Positions 19,319-28,594 of a DNA stretch of 64,000 nt are shown here, piece after piece. Made by a program: the position numbers and the translations under genes. The stretch lies in contig CAWGLW010000001.1 of NCBI GenBank assembly GCA_963823525.1, positions 491,252-555,251 on the forward strand, read 5' to 3'. The stretch's first letter is position 1. Each line of letters opens with the position of its first letter. The stretch is from an uncultured Gammaproteobacteria bacterium. Its GTDB lineage: Bacteria; Pseudomonadota; Gammaproteobacteria; Steroidobacterales; Steroidobacteraceae. Below the pieces are notes generated by a model. It ran no database searches, was not told the origin of the DNA, and saw nothing but the letters and a program-made list of their open reading frames with translations.

Positions 19319-22087
19319 CTAGAAGCGGTAACCGATATCGAGCTTTGCATTGACGCCGAGCGTCTGCCGAAGCACGGTCACACCGCCCTGCTCGATCTCG
19401 ATGTCGTCGTCCAGCAGGTTCTGCAGCCTGAGCTTGATGCTCAACCCGTCGGTCGGATAATAACTGTAGACCAAGTCCAGCGAGCCGAAACTCTTTTCGT
19501 AAGCATCCTTCGCGCCATTCGACCCCGCGAAAAACAGCCGGTCATCGAACGCGGAGTAGGCCAGCGTCGCGGCGTGCCGGTCACCTGGCGCATCCCAGCC
19601 GAGCTGCGCATTGACGACCCAGGGAGAGTGCTGCGACATCGGTCTCTTGTTATTGGTCAGGTTGAGCGCCGCATCGCCGACCGTAATTTCCGAATCGCTC
19701 AGCGTCAGGTTGCCGGCGAAGAAAAACCCGTCGGCCCAGGTGCTCTCGCCCGAGACGAAACCCAGCTGCTTGAGCCATTCAAACTCTGCGCCATAGACTT
19801 TCGCGCTATCGCCATTGACGAACGTCAAAGAGATATTGTCGTCGGTGCCGGCGCTTTGAATCGTCTCGATCGGCTTGTCGATCGACTTGTAGAACAGTGA
19901 AACCGTGAAATTGTCGCCGCTGTTGAAGAAAAATTCACCGCGAAGGTCGAAGTTCGACAGCGGCGAGGTCACGAGGTCCGGGTTGCCCCGGACGCGGGCC
20001 TCGGTGAGCGGATCGATATACGTTGCGCCGGAGACTTCGCGAAGGTCGGGACGCGCCACAGTTTCGCTCCAGCCGAAGCGCAACTGGAACCGGTCCGCCC
20101 AGAAGTCATCGCGCATGTAGGTCAGGGCCGCGGCCGGGTAGTAGCCGTCTTCGGCCTTGGCCAGGGTCGTCAGATCCTCGGTTGCGACGGGTATCTTGCC
20201 AACCGTCGTATCGTACTCGTACGGGTCCACGGGCACTGACAATTGCGCCCAGTCCTCCCAGCGAACACCGGCCATCAGGCGCCAGGTGTCTTTCCAGGTC
20301 GCTTCGAGCTTGCCCCAGGCCGCATCAACCGTTTCACCGGCAAGGTAGCTCTCGGTACCAATGCCGCCCAGCGACATCTGGAAACCGTTCAAGGGATCGA
20401 GGATATTCTCATCCGTGAAAACCTCGCCGGGCGTCCCTTCGAGAATCGGCAATGCAGCACTGGTCGTCGTGCCCAGGTTCAGTTGGGTCTGAAGGTAGCT
20501 GCGGCCCTTCTCGTAGTAGTCATACCCGCCGCTGCCCAGCAACTCGGTATCACCGTAAGAAAATGGGAATTCGACGCTGACGCCGTAGCTGGTCACGTTG
20601 TCCTGCAGTTCCGTGTAGCGGTATTCCGCTGCGCTCGAAGTGGCGCGGATCGAGCTCGAGATGAGCTCCCCGGTTTCCGGGACGACCTTGTCTGTCGCAG
20701 AGAAATTAACCTCACTGGGCAGGTCGGTCGTTGCCTCAGCATCGGAGTAATACCAGCCCAGCGTCAGCCCATCGAGCAGTCTCAGGTCCGCGTCGGTCAG
20801 GCCACTGACCAGATCCTGTGTCGCGCCGCCAAACACGTGTCGACCCTGGAACTGGAGCACCTCGAGATTGCGCTCTTCGAATCGAACCGAATAATTGCGC
20901 AGCTGGTCACCCGAGGATTGCTGAAAGTTCAGGTTGTTACCCAGCGAAAGCGTCGCTTCGTCCTCGGTGTTTCTCAGAAAGATGTAATTGGCCCGGACCT
21001 GGTGGTCATCCGTGTATTCAATCCCCGCGCTGAGGCTGCCGGTCGTGACGACCTGTTGAATTGTCCGCTGGCTGCGCGTTACCACGGTATCGGGGTTGGT
21101 GACTGACCGCGTCACGCGGTCGCGATTACGCCAGATATTTTTGTAGTCAACGACGGCGAGCGCACCGATGCGCCAGTCGCCGCTTTCACCGAGGATCCAC
21201 TTGTTGCCCAGTGCGCCTTCGAACGTGAAGTCCGGGTCGAGCGTCTTCTCTTTGAAATCGAGGTCGCGATAGAGCTCAGTCGCCAGTTCCCGGTTGACCT
21301 GCTCGGCATCGGCAAAACTCACGTCCTCGCCGCGCCTGACCAGCGAGTTGTAGATGCCAGGGGCGCCGATGTCACCCTGGAACGAATCGATTGCGCGACT
21401 CAATTGACCGGACAACGCACGGGTTCCATCGTCCGTCCCCAGGTTGTCGTCATCGCCGCCCTTGTACGAAAAGCCGTTCTCGCCTGTGCTGTCGGAATTC
21501 CAGCCGGTGCCGAGCTGTACGCTGCCGACGAACTCCTCCGGCAGACTGAGCGTGCGTATATCGACGTTGCCGCCGCCAAACGAAGCCGGCTTGTCTGGCG
21601 AAAAACCCTTCTGGACCGACAAAGTCTCGACAATTTCTGACGGGAAAAGATCAAGCGGAATCACGTTCCGGGTCAGATCGGGCGACGGGACCTGGGCCCC
21701 GTTCAACGTGGTACTGGAGTAGCGCTCCCCCAGGCCACGAATGTAAATGAACTGTCCCTGGACGACCGTCACCGCCGGCATACGACGCAGCGCAAGCGAG
21801 ACCGTGCTGTCGCCGACCCGGCTGATCTGCTGGTTGCTGATCAGGTCGGCCACCACGGGCAGCTCCATTCGCTCCTCCAGCACTGCCTGAGCAGCATCGA
21901 GTTGCCTTCCCGTTACGATGATTTCTTCGATTGGCCCCGAATCGCCGGCGCCCATGTCCCCGACCGCTTCGGCCTCGGGATCTTCGGCCACGCTCTGCGC
22001 GTGGGCCGGCAGTATCGTGGCGGCCGCGGACACTGCAGCCAGTGCCAGCACCGTGCGCACGGCACGGCCGATTGGCGTCCTGTTCAT
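19319..22087 (-). CDS. TonB-dependent outer-membrane receptor
   Basis: Signal peptide from MNRTPIGRAVRTVLALAAVSAAATILPAHA. Plug region: IIVTGRQ..., IYIRGLGERYSSTTLNG. A long beta-barrel ends in the terminal ...LDIGYRF aromatic signature. ATG at 22087 follows a GAGGT Shine-Dalgarno sequence. Confidence 0.92.
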   Translation of the reverse strand: MNRTPIGRAVRTVLALAAVSAAATILPAHAQSVAEDPEAEAVGDMGAGDSGPIEEIIVTGRQLDAAQAVLEERMELPVVADLISNQQISRVGDSTVSLALRRMPAVTVVQGQFIYIRGLGERYSSTTLNGAQVPSPDLTRNVIPLDLFPSEIVETLSVQKGFSPDKPASFGGGNVDIRTLSLPEEFVGSVQLGTGWNSDSTGENGFSYKGGDDDNLGTDDGTRALSGQLSRAIDSFQGDIGAPGIYNSLVRRGEDVSFADAEQVNRELATELYRDLDFKEKTLDPDFTFEGALGNKWILGESGDWRIGALAVVDYKNIWRNRDRVTRSVTNPDTVVTRSQRTIQQVVTTGSLSAGIEYTDDHQVRANYIFLRNTEDEATLSLGNNLNFQQSSGDQLRNYSVRFEERNLEVLQFQGRHVFGGATQDLVSGLTDADLRLLDGLTLGWYYSDAEATTDLPSEVNFSATDKVVPETGELISSSIRATSSAAEYRYTELQDNVTSYGVSVEFPFSYGDTELLGSGGYDYYEKGRSYLQTQLNLGTTTSAALPILEGTPGEVFTDENILDPLNGFQMSLGGIGTESYLAGETVDAAWGKLEATWKDTWRLMAGVRWEDWAQLSVPVDPYEYDTTVGKIPVATEDLTTLAKAEDGYYPAAALTYMRDDFWADRFQLRFGWSETVARPDLREVSGATYIDPLTEARVRGNPDLVTSPLSNFDLRGEFFFNSGDNFTVSLFYKSIDKPIETIQSAGTDDNISLTFVNGDSAKVYGAEFEWLKQLGFVSGESTWADGFFFAGNLTLSDSEITVGDAALNLTNNKRPMSQHSPWVVNAQLGWDAPGDRHAATLAYSAFDDRLFFAGSNGAKDAYEKSFGSLDLVYSYYPTDGLSIKLRLQNLLDDDIEIEQGGVTVLRQTLGVNAKLDIGYRF

Positions 22088-22188
22088 CACCTGACCTCGC
22101 TTACCCGGTCGCGCGGCGGCCTCGTAACCGCCGCGCGACCTGCCTGTATATTCGAGTTGATTTGTGCAACGAATGACCGTCGGCTCAC

Positions 22189-23787
22189 TCACTGACCAGA
22201 GAACCAGAGCGGTTCGTCAGCGTTGGAAGCACGCAGGCCGAACGCCCAAGGCGCCGTCCAGTCGTTTTCCCTGACCACCGCGCCGAGCTGCCCGCTCGCC
22301 GGTGCCAGATCGACCGGATTGCCTTCGCCATCCGTCAGGCTCGCCGCCGTGTAAAACGTGCCATTGTCCAGCACCCTGGTATTTGCATTGGCCGGGTCGA
22401 CGATGATCACGTTGTCGGTGTTGAACGAGTAGTCGGAACCATTCGTGCTTGGATTGAGACCAAGCACCCATTCCGACATCGAATCGCCGCTCGGCATCGT
22501 GCCCTTGGCGGGGTCCTCACAGGCGATCAGCACGCTGTGCAGATAGGACTGACCCGCAGCCGCAAAGGCCAGCGACGGATCACTTTCGATTTCGAAGCAC
22601 TCATTGGACTCGCCCACGAACAGGCTGCCATAGCCGCCGAACACGATGCTGTCCTCGATCTTCAACTGGGCGCCCTGGCGGGCCAGGGGGCCTTCGGAAT
22701 CACCGTGCGTATTGACGTCGGAATTCGAAAGGATACAGGTCATGTTGCGAATGGTCGGCGATGCAACCGGCGCCGTATCGAGCGGCTCGCCCGCGTCGCT
22801 GCGACCGGAACCGATGTTGTCCCCCTCGATGCAGCGATTGCCGTCGGTGATGTACTGGATGATCAGTGCGTTTTCGATCGTTCCAACGAATCCATCGGAA
22901 AAATCCAGGGAGTCGTCACGCGCATAGAGCACAATCACGTTCTTCGGGCTCACCGCGCCGCCGAAGAACTCGAGACCGTCGTCGTAGGTGCTGTACACCT
23001 GAACGTTCTCGACCACCGTACCGGACCCGACGGCATTGAAGGTGATACCGTTGAGCTCGTCACCCGGCGCGACTTCGAAGCCCGTGTGCTTGAGTACCAC
23101 GTAACGCAGCACGCCCGAACTGTCCGCATTGTCATTGCCGCCATAGTTCGAGGGCTGGCCCTCGGAAACCACGTTGCACTGATCCGCCGCCCGCTCTTCG
23201 TCCGTGCAGTTGTTGGTGATGCCGTTGCCGTTGATGACCATGCCACCCCAGAGTTGCACGTCGTTTGCACCGGCCGTACCGTTGATCGCGTCAGCGAACG
23301 CGGTGAACGTGATCGGCGCCGACGGCGAGCCATTGGCGATGATCTGCGAGCCGCGATTGATCAGCACATAGTCTGCGGAGGTCGAAAAAACCAGCGTATT
23401 GCCGGCCGCAATGGTCAGGACCGGGCCTTCGCCTCCCGCCGGGGCACCACCGACCGCGGTGTTCTGACCGACAAACAGGCTGTCCTGGAAAATGTGGGCG
23501 CCGGTAATAAACGGAATCGTCAGGTCCTGCGTCAGGGGATTGGCCTTGCCGACGAAACTCGAGCCGTAGCTGCAGTTCGTGCCGTCGAAGGTCCCCTGCC
23601 GGAACTCGCCGGTGGCCGCCACCGTGTAGCTTGCGCACGGATTGTCGCTGCCGCCGCCGCCGCCATTAGAGACGCTGTTGTCGACTGAATTGTCGGTGGT
23701 CTGTACCTTGAGATCGACGCCGCCACCCGAACACGCGGCCAAGCCGAATGCGGCCAGACTCACCATGACCATCCGATACCTGTTCAT
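22189..23787 (-). CDS. lipoprotein of unknown function, beta-helix-like repeats, TBDR partner
   Basis: MNRYRMVMVSLAAFGLAAC has a lipobox (LAAC) followed by a Gly/Ser/Asn linker. Repetitive G/N/T-rich segments suggest a parallel beta-helix. It lies immediately upstream of the receptor on the same strand. ATG at 23787 follows CAGGAGTG. Confidence 0.7.
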   Translation of the reverse strand: MNRYRMVMVSLAAFGLAACSGGGVDLKVQTTDNSVDNSVSNGGGGGSDNPCASYTVAATGEFRQGTFDGTNCSYGSSFVGKANPLTQDLTIPFITGAHIFQDSLFVGQNTAVGGAPAGGEGPVLTIAAGNTLVFSTSADYVLINRGSQIIANGSPSAPITFTAFADAINGTAGANDVQLWGGMVINGNGITNNCTDEERAADQCNVVSEGQPSNYGGNDNADSSGVLRYVVLKHTGFEVAPGDELNGITFNAVGSGTVVENVQVYSTYDDGLEFFGGAVSPKNVIVLYARDDSLDFSDGFVGTIENALIIQYITDGNRCIEGDNIGSGRSDAGEPLDTAPVASPTIRNMTCILSNSDVNTHGDSEGPLARQGAQLKIEDSIVFGGYGSLFVGESNECFEIESDPSLAFAAAGQSYLHSVLIACEDPAKGTMPSGDSMSEWVLGLNPSTNGSDYSFNTDNVIIVDPANANTRVLDNGTFYTAASLTDGEGNPVDLAPASGQLGAVVRENDWTAPWAFGLRASNADEPLWFSGQ

Positions 23788-23811
23788 CCTGCACACTCCT
23801 GAAAAGAAATA

Positions 23812-23823
23812 CTGTCCGGACAG
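23812..23823. promoter_or_regulatory. 12-bp perfect palindrome CTGTCCGGACAG upstream of the lipoprotein start
   Basis: Read directly from the sequence. It starts 25 nt upstream of the lipoprotein ATG (23787). It is a candidate operator or 5'-UTR hairpin. Confidence 0.25.
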
Positions 23824-24135
23824 GGCGGTCCGATCACTGCACGGCCCGCTTCGTCCCCGATAAATCATTGATGTGCCGCGGCTATCCGGTTCGGGCAGCC
23901 AGTCCTGACGGAACTGCACCGACCGCGGCCTCGACCTAGCGTGGCGAACATTAGGGATGATCCGTTTCGCTTTTGTTTCGCATGTGTGACAGTTGAGTTA
24001 CCGGCCGGCCGGCGCTTCGGTCGCCCACAAACGTCACAACGGTGTACGGGTGTACGGATGCGGCTGAATCGGACCGCTGAAACAATTTTTCAATCAACCA
24101 GTTGCTGAATGAACTTCATGACATCGGGAGATACG

Positions 24136-24798
24136 ATGAGCAAAACGATCTTGATTACCGGCGCCAACCGTGGGATCGGGCTGGAGATGGCCCGTCAACT
24201 GCAGGCGCGTGGCGACACGGTTCTTGCCGCCTGCCGGCACTCGTCAGGCGAACTCGACCGTCTCGGCTGCAAGGTCATCACCGGGATTGATGTGGCAAGC
24301 GATTCTTCTGTATCGCGGCTGGCCGGGCAGCTCGAGGACACTGACCTCGACGCGATCGTCAACAACGCTGGAATCCTGGAACCGGACGCGCTCGGAAGTA
24401 TCGACTTCGACAGCATGCGCCGGCAGTACGAGGTCAACGCACTCGGGCCGCTGCGTGTCACCCAGGCCCTGCTGCCGCGACTGCGTGACGGCGGCAAGAT
24501 CGCGATAATCACGAGCCGCGTCGGATCGATGGCGGACAATTCCAGTGGCCACTACTACGGCTACCGCGCATCGAAGGCGGCCGTAAACATGATCGGCGTC
24601 AACCTGGCCCTTGAACTGCGCGAACGCGGCATCACGGTGCTGCTGCTGCATCCCGGCATGGTCGCAACCGAAATGACCGGCAGGACCGGCATCGAGCCGT
24701 CGGAGTCTGCACAGAACCTGCTCCGGCAAATCGACGCGCTCGGTATCGAGCAAACCGGCGGCTTCCGGCATGCGAACGGCGAAGTGCTGCCATGGTAA
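24136..24798 (+). CDS. short-chain dehydrogenase/reductase (SDR, C-factor-like)
   Basis: ILITGANRGIGLEMARQL (TGxxxGxG), NNAGI, YGYRASKAA (YxxxK). ATG at 24136 follows a GGGAGA Shine-Dalgarno sequence. Confidence 0.88.
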   Translation: MSKTILITGANRGIGLEMARQLQARGDTVLAACRHSSGELDRLGCKVITGIDVASDSSVSRLAGQLEDTDLDAIVNNAGILEPDALGSIDFDSMRRQYEVNALGPLRVTQALLPRLRDGGKIAIITSRVGSMADNSSGHYYGYRASKAAVNMIGVNLALELRERGITVLLLHPGMVATEMTGRTGIEPSESAQNLLRQIDALGIEQTGGFRHANGEVLPW

Positions 24799-24911
24799 GG
24801 CCTGATCGACGTCACGGTGCGCGACCCGCGCCATGCGGATAAACTGACCTGAAAGAAGGATTCGTGCCGTCGATGCACGATATATCGAATCAATGATCCA
24901 CGGAGGATCCC

Positions 24912-25295
24912 ATGCGATACGTTGTCACAAGCCCCAAGAGTGTGGAGCAGGCTGTCACTGACCTCGAGGCGTCCGTCAAAGCCAATGGCTTTGGTGTACT
25001 GCATACATACGACCTGAAGCAGACGTTGCACAGCAAGGGCGTGGATCTGCCCCAGGAATGCCGGATCCTCGAAGTGTGCAATCCACACCAGGCCGCGCGG
25101 GTGCTCGCCACGGACATGGAAATGAACCTGGCCCTGCCCTGCAGGATCTCCGTTTACGAAAAGGACGGCCAGACGCACATCGGCATGATCCGGCCGACCG
25201 CGATGCTTTCCAGCCTGTCCGCCGAGCCGGAGCTCAAGCGCGTGGCCGATGAAGTCGAGAAGGCGACTGTTAAGATGATCGACGAGGCCCGCTGA
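24912..25295 (+). CDS. DUF302 domain protein
   Basis: 127 aa. VEQAVTDLEASVKANGFGVLHTYDLKQTL..ECRILEVCNP...LPCRISVYEKDG fits my memory of DUF302. Confidence 0.7.
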   Translation: MRYVVTSPKSVEQAVTDLEASVKANGFGVLHTYDLKQTLHSKGVDLPQECRILEVCNPHQAARVLATDMEMNLALPCRISVYEKDGQTHIGMIRPTAMLSSLSAEPELKRVADEVEKATVKMIDEAR

Positions 25296-25391
25296 ATCAG
25301 TTCTTATGGCGCTGCAGTCAATCCATAAAAGCTCAGCCGGAACCGGGCTGCGCCCGGTGGCCCATCGCAGGAACGCAAGACGGACAAGCCA

Positions 25392-26864
25392 ATGAGCGAC
25401 GACCCGCACGACGACACGCTTGACCCTGAGGACTGGGATGCCTTTCGCGACCTGTCGCACCGTGCGATCGACGACATGATCGAGCACTTCCGGGCCGTCC
25501 GTGAACGGCCCGCGTGGCAGGCGACGCCCGATGAAATAGTCCGCGAACTGACTGGCCCGGCACCGAGGTTGGGCCAGGGTGAGGCCAAGGCCTACGCGGA
25601 CTTCCAGCGCCTCGTGCTGCCATACCCGATGGGCAACACGCACCCGCGTTTCTGGGCCTGGTACATGGGTAACGGCACACCATTCGGCGCCCTGGCCGAC
25701 TTCCTCGCCGCTTCCATCAATCCGAACCTTGGGGGCGGGCGGCACGCCGCGAATCTGGTCGAGGCCCAGGTCGTTGAATGGTGCAAGGAGATCGTCGGCT
25801 GGCCCGCTGACTCCAGCGGCCTGCTTGTCAGCGGCGGATCCATGGCGAACCTGGTTGGCCTGGCCGTCGCGCGCAATGCGATGGCCCCGCTGGATGTCCG
25901 TAAGCACGGTCTGCAGGCCATCGACAAGCCGATGCTTGTGTACGCCTCATCCGAGGTGCACAGCTGCGTGCAGAAAACAGTCGAGGTGCTCGGCCTCGGC
26001 ACCTGTGCGCTGCGAGAGATACCGGTCAACGACGCGTACCGGATGGACCTGGCGTTATTGCGGCGTTCCGTCGAGGCGGATCGCGAACTCGGTGCGCTGC
26101 CGATATGCGTGATTGGCAATGCCGGCACGATCAACACGGGTTCCGTGGACAATCTCGACGCAATCGCGGATTTCTGTGCACGGGAAGGCCTCTGGTTTCA
26201 CGTCGATGGCGCAATCGGTGCGGTGCTGGGCCTGTCGCCCGGGCACCGGCAGCTGGTCTCGGGAATCGAGCGTGCCGACTCGGTCACGATCGATCTTCAC
26301 AAGTGGATGCACGTGCCGTTTGAGGCCGCCTGCGCACTGGTCCGGGACCGCCAGGCCCATCACGACACGTTCGCCCTGACGCACGAGTATCTTGAGAAGA
26401 GCGAGCGGGGAATTGCCAGCGGGCCGCACTGGTTCAGCGAGTACGGCCTGCAGCTGTCGCGCGGATTCCGTGCGCTCAAGGTCTGGTTGTCGGTCAAGGA
26501 GCACGGACTGGACAAGTACGGTCGACTGATCGACCGCAACATCGCCCAGGCCAGGCAGCTCACCGAGCGACTGGCCGATCAACCGCAACTCGAACTGCTT
26601 GCCCCGACCGTCATCAATATTGTCTGCTTTCGCTTCAATCCTGGCCGCCTGGACGACAAGCGGCTCAATGCAATCAACCAGGAACTGTTGATGCGCCTGC
26701 ACGAAAGCGGAATCGCCGCACCTTCCTACACGAGGCTGGGCGGGCGCTATTGCCTGCGTGTGGCCATCGTCAATTATCGAACGCGCGAAGAAGACCTCGA
26801 TATCCTGGTCGAGGCGACGTTACGCATCGGCCGCGAATTGCTCGACGAGGGTTTTGCCGGCTGA
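25392..26864 (+). CDS. pyridoxal-phosphate-dependent (group II) amino-acid decarboxylase
   Basis: HPRFWAWYMG, SGGSMANLVGLAVAR, WFHVDGAIGA, SVTIDLHKW (PLP-lysine motif). Confidence 0.85.
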   Translation: MSDDPHDDTLDPEDWDAFRDLSHRAIDDMIEHFRAVRERPAWQATPDEIVRELTGPAPRLGQGEAKAYADFQRLVLPYPMGNTHPRFWAWYMGNGTPFGALADFLAASINPNLGGGRHAANLVEAQVVEWCKEIVGWPADSSGLLVSGGSMANLVGLAVARNAMAPLDVRKHGLQAIDKPMLVYASSEVHSCVQKTVEVLGLGTCALREIPVNDAYRMDLALLRRSVEADRELGALPICVIGNAGTINTGSVDNLDAIADFCAREGLWFHVDGAIGAVLGLSPGHRQLVSGIERADSVTIDLHKWMHVPFEAACALVRDRQAHHDTFALTHEYLEKSERGIASGPHWFSEYGLQLSRGFRALKVWLSVKEHGLDKYGRLIDRNIAQARQLTERLADQPQLELLAPTVINIVCFRFNPGRLDDKRLNAINQELLMRLHESGIAAPSYTRLGGRYCLRVAIVNYRTREEDLDILVEATLRIGRELLDEGFAG

Positions 26865-27046
26865 ATGCGCCGGCTCTGTCAATCTACTTTGCGCTGCTGC
26901 GCCAGGACGGCTGGTTGCCTTCCTGAGCCTCGCCGCGCTCGTGGCGGTAGCCTGGCGGTGGGGCATGCGCTGGTCGTCTTGTACCTGCCTCGCCACCACG
27001 GCCGTCTCGCTGCCCTGCATACGGCTGCGAAGCCGTACCCGGTGCG

Positions 27047-28408
27047 CTATTTCAGGTTGAAAACAAAGACCAGCCCGACCGCCAGCGGCGCCACGAAGCG
27101 TGCAAGGATCAGCCAGATCTTGTAGGCGATACCATCGCCCAGCCCGAGTTCCCTGACCGTGGTCTCCCTGGAGAGCACCCAGCCGGCGAACAGCGAAAAC
27201 AACATGCCACCGAGCGGCAGCAGGAGGTTTGTCACGATGTAGTCGAGTACGTCAAAAATCGACCGGGTCTCAAATGCCTGCAGAAAACCGAGCGGACGGA
27301 CGCCTGACCATGCATTGAATGACAGCACCGTTGCGAGGCCGAGCAAGAATGCGGCGCCGCCGATCAGCATCGCCGCCCGGCGACGCGGCATGCCGGCGGC
27401 CTCCTCCGCGCGAGCCGTCATCGTCTCGAGAATCGCGATCGACGAAGTAAGCGCGGCAACGAAGATCAACACGAAGAAGGCCGTACCGAAGAACACCCCG
27501 CCCGTCATCTGGCCAAAGGCCGTCGACATCGTGACGAAAAGCAGACCCGGTCCTGCCGCCGGATCGAGTCCGTGGGCGAATATGATCGGAAACATTGCCA
27601 GCCCGGCCAGGATCGCCACCAGCGTGTCGCCCGCCGCGATGATGAAGGTCGACCTCGGCAGGTTCACGTCATCGGGCAGGTACGCGGCATAGGTGAGCAT
27701 CATCCCGAAGCCTACGCTGAGTGAGAAGAATGCCTGACCGACCGCGGCCAGCGCGACGCCGGGCGTGATCTTGCTGAAGTCGGCCTTGAACATGTAATCG
27801 ACTGTTGCGGCGAAATCGCCGTTGACCGCCGCGTAGATCACCAGTCCCACCAGCATCATGAACAGCCCGGGCATCATCCAGTTGACGGCCTTCTCGATAC
27901 CCGCATTGATGCCACGACCGACGATAAAAATCGTGATCGACATGAACATCAGGTGCCAGAACCCCATTTCCAGCGGGCTGGCCAGCAGCTCGTCGAAAAC
28001 CGCCGCGCTGCCGCCCGGCGTGAGACCGACCAGCGAACCGGTGGCCATCTTCACGATATAGGCCATCGACCAGCCGGCGATGACGCTGTAGAAACTCAGT
28101 ACGATGAACGAGCCAAGCAGACCCATCCAGCCGGCCCAGGCCCAGTACCGGCTCGCTCGAGATCGCTCGGCAAGCAGGCGCATGGAATTCGGCGCGCTCT
28201 GCTTGCCCTCGCGGCCAATTACCATCTCGGCGATCATGATGGGTGCCGCGATCAGTGCCACCGCAACCAGGTACACGATCAGGAAGCCGCTGCCGCCGCT
28301 GCTGCCCATCGTATAGGGAAATTTCCAGATATTTCCCAGGCCGACGGCGGCCCCGATCGATGCCATCAGGAAGGCAAAACGGTTTGACCAGTGCTCGTGC
28401 TGCAGCAT
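27047..28408 (-). CDS. sodium-dependent transporter, NSS/SNF family
   Basis: WSNRFAFLMASIGAAVGLGNIWKFPY is the NSS TM1 signature. The protein is polytopic. ATG at 28408 follows GGGGGAA. Confidence 0.9.
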   Translation of the reverse strand: MLQHEHWSNRFAFLMASIGAAVGLGNIWKFPYTMGSSGGSGFLIVYLVAVALIAAPIMIAEMVIGREGKQSAPNSMRLLAERSRASRYWAWAGWMGLLGSFIVLSFYSVIAGWSMAYIVKMATGSLVGLTPGGSAAVFDELLASPLEMGFWHLMFMSITIFIVGRGINAGIEKAVNWMMPGLFMMLVGLVIYAAVNGDFAATVDYMFKADFSKITPGVALAAVGQAFFSLSVGFGMMLTYAAYLPDDVNLPRSTFIIAAGDTLVAILAGLAMFPIIFAHGLDPAAGPGLLFVTMSTAFGQMTGGVFFGTAFFVLIFVAALTSSIAILETMTARAEEAAGMPRRRAAMLIGGAAFLLGLATVLSFNAWSGVRPLGFLQAFETRSIFDVLDYIVTNLLLPLGGMLFSLFAGWVLSRETTVRELGLGDGIAYKIWLILARFVAPLAVGLVFVFNLK

Positions 28409-28594
28409 TCGCCAGTTCCCCCTGGATCCAGTTCCGGGCAAGCCTAGGGAAGCTCGGCCAAAGCCGCAAGGACCAGCCGTACTGCAGGGGCTATGCGCTT
28501 GCAGTCCAATCGTTGAAAAGCCGGCGGCGCCGGCGCAGCGGGAAGCCCATGCTTTTGTTCCGGGGCCCTTCCGACGCGGCCTCCCGCCCCGCGG

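Noticed and set aside
27018-27035. The hairpin TACGGCT-GCGA-AGCCGTA between the convergent decarboxylase and NSS genes, read as a bidirectional terminator.
   Set aside because: It has only a 7-bp stem and no flanking T or A run. The evidence is too weak to annotate.
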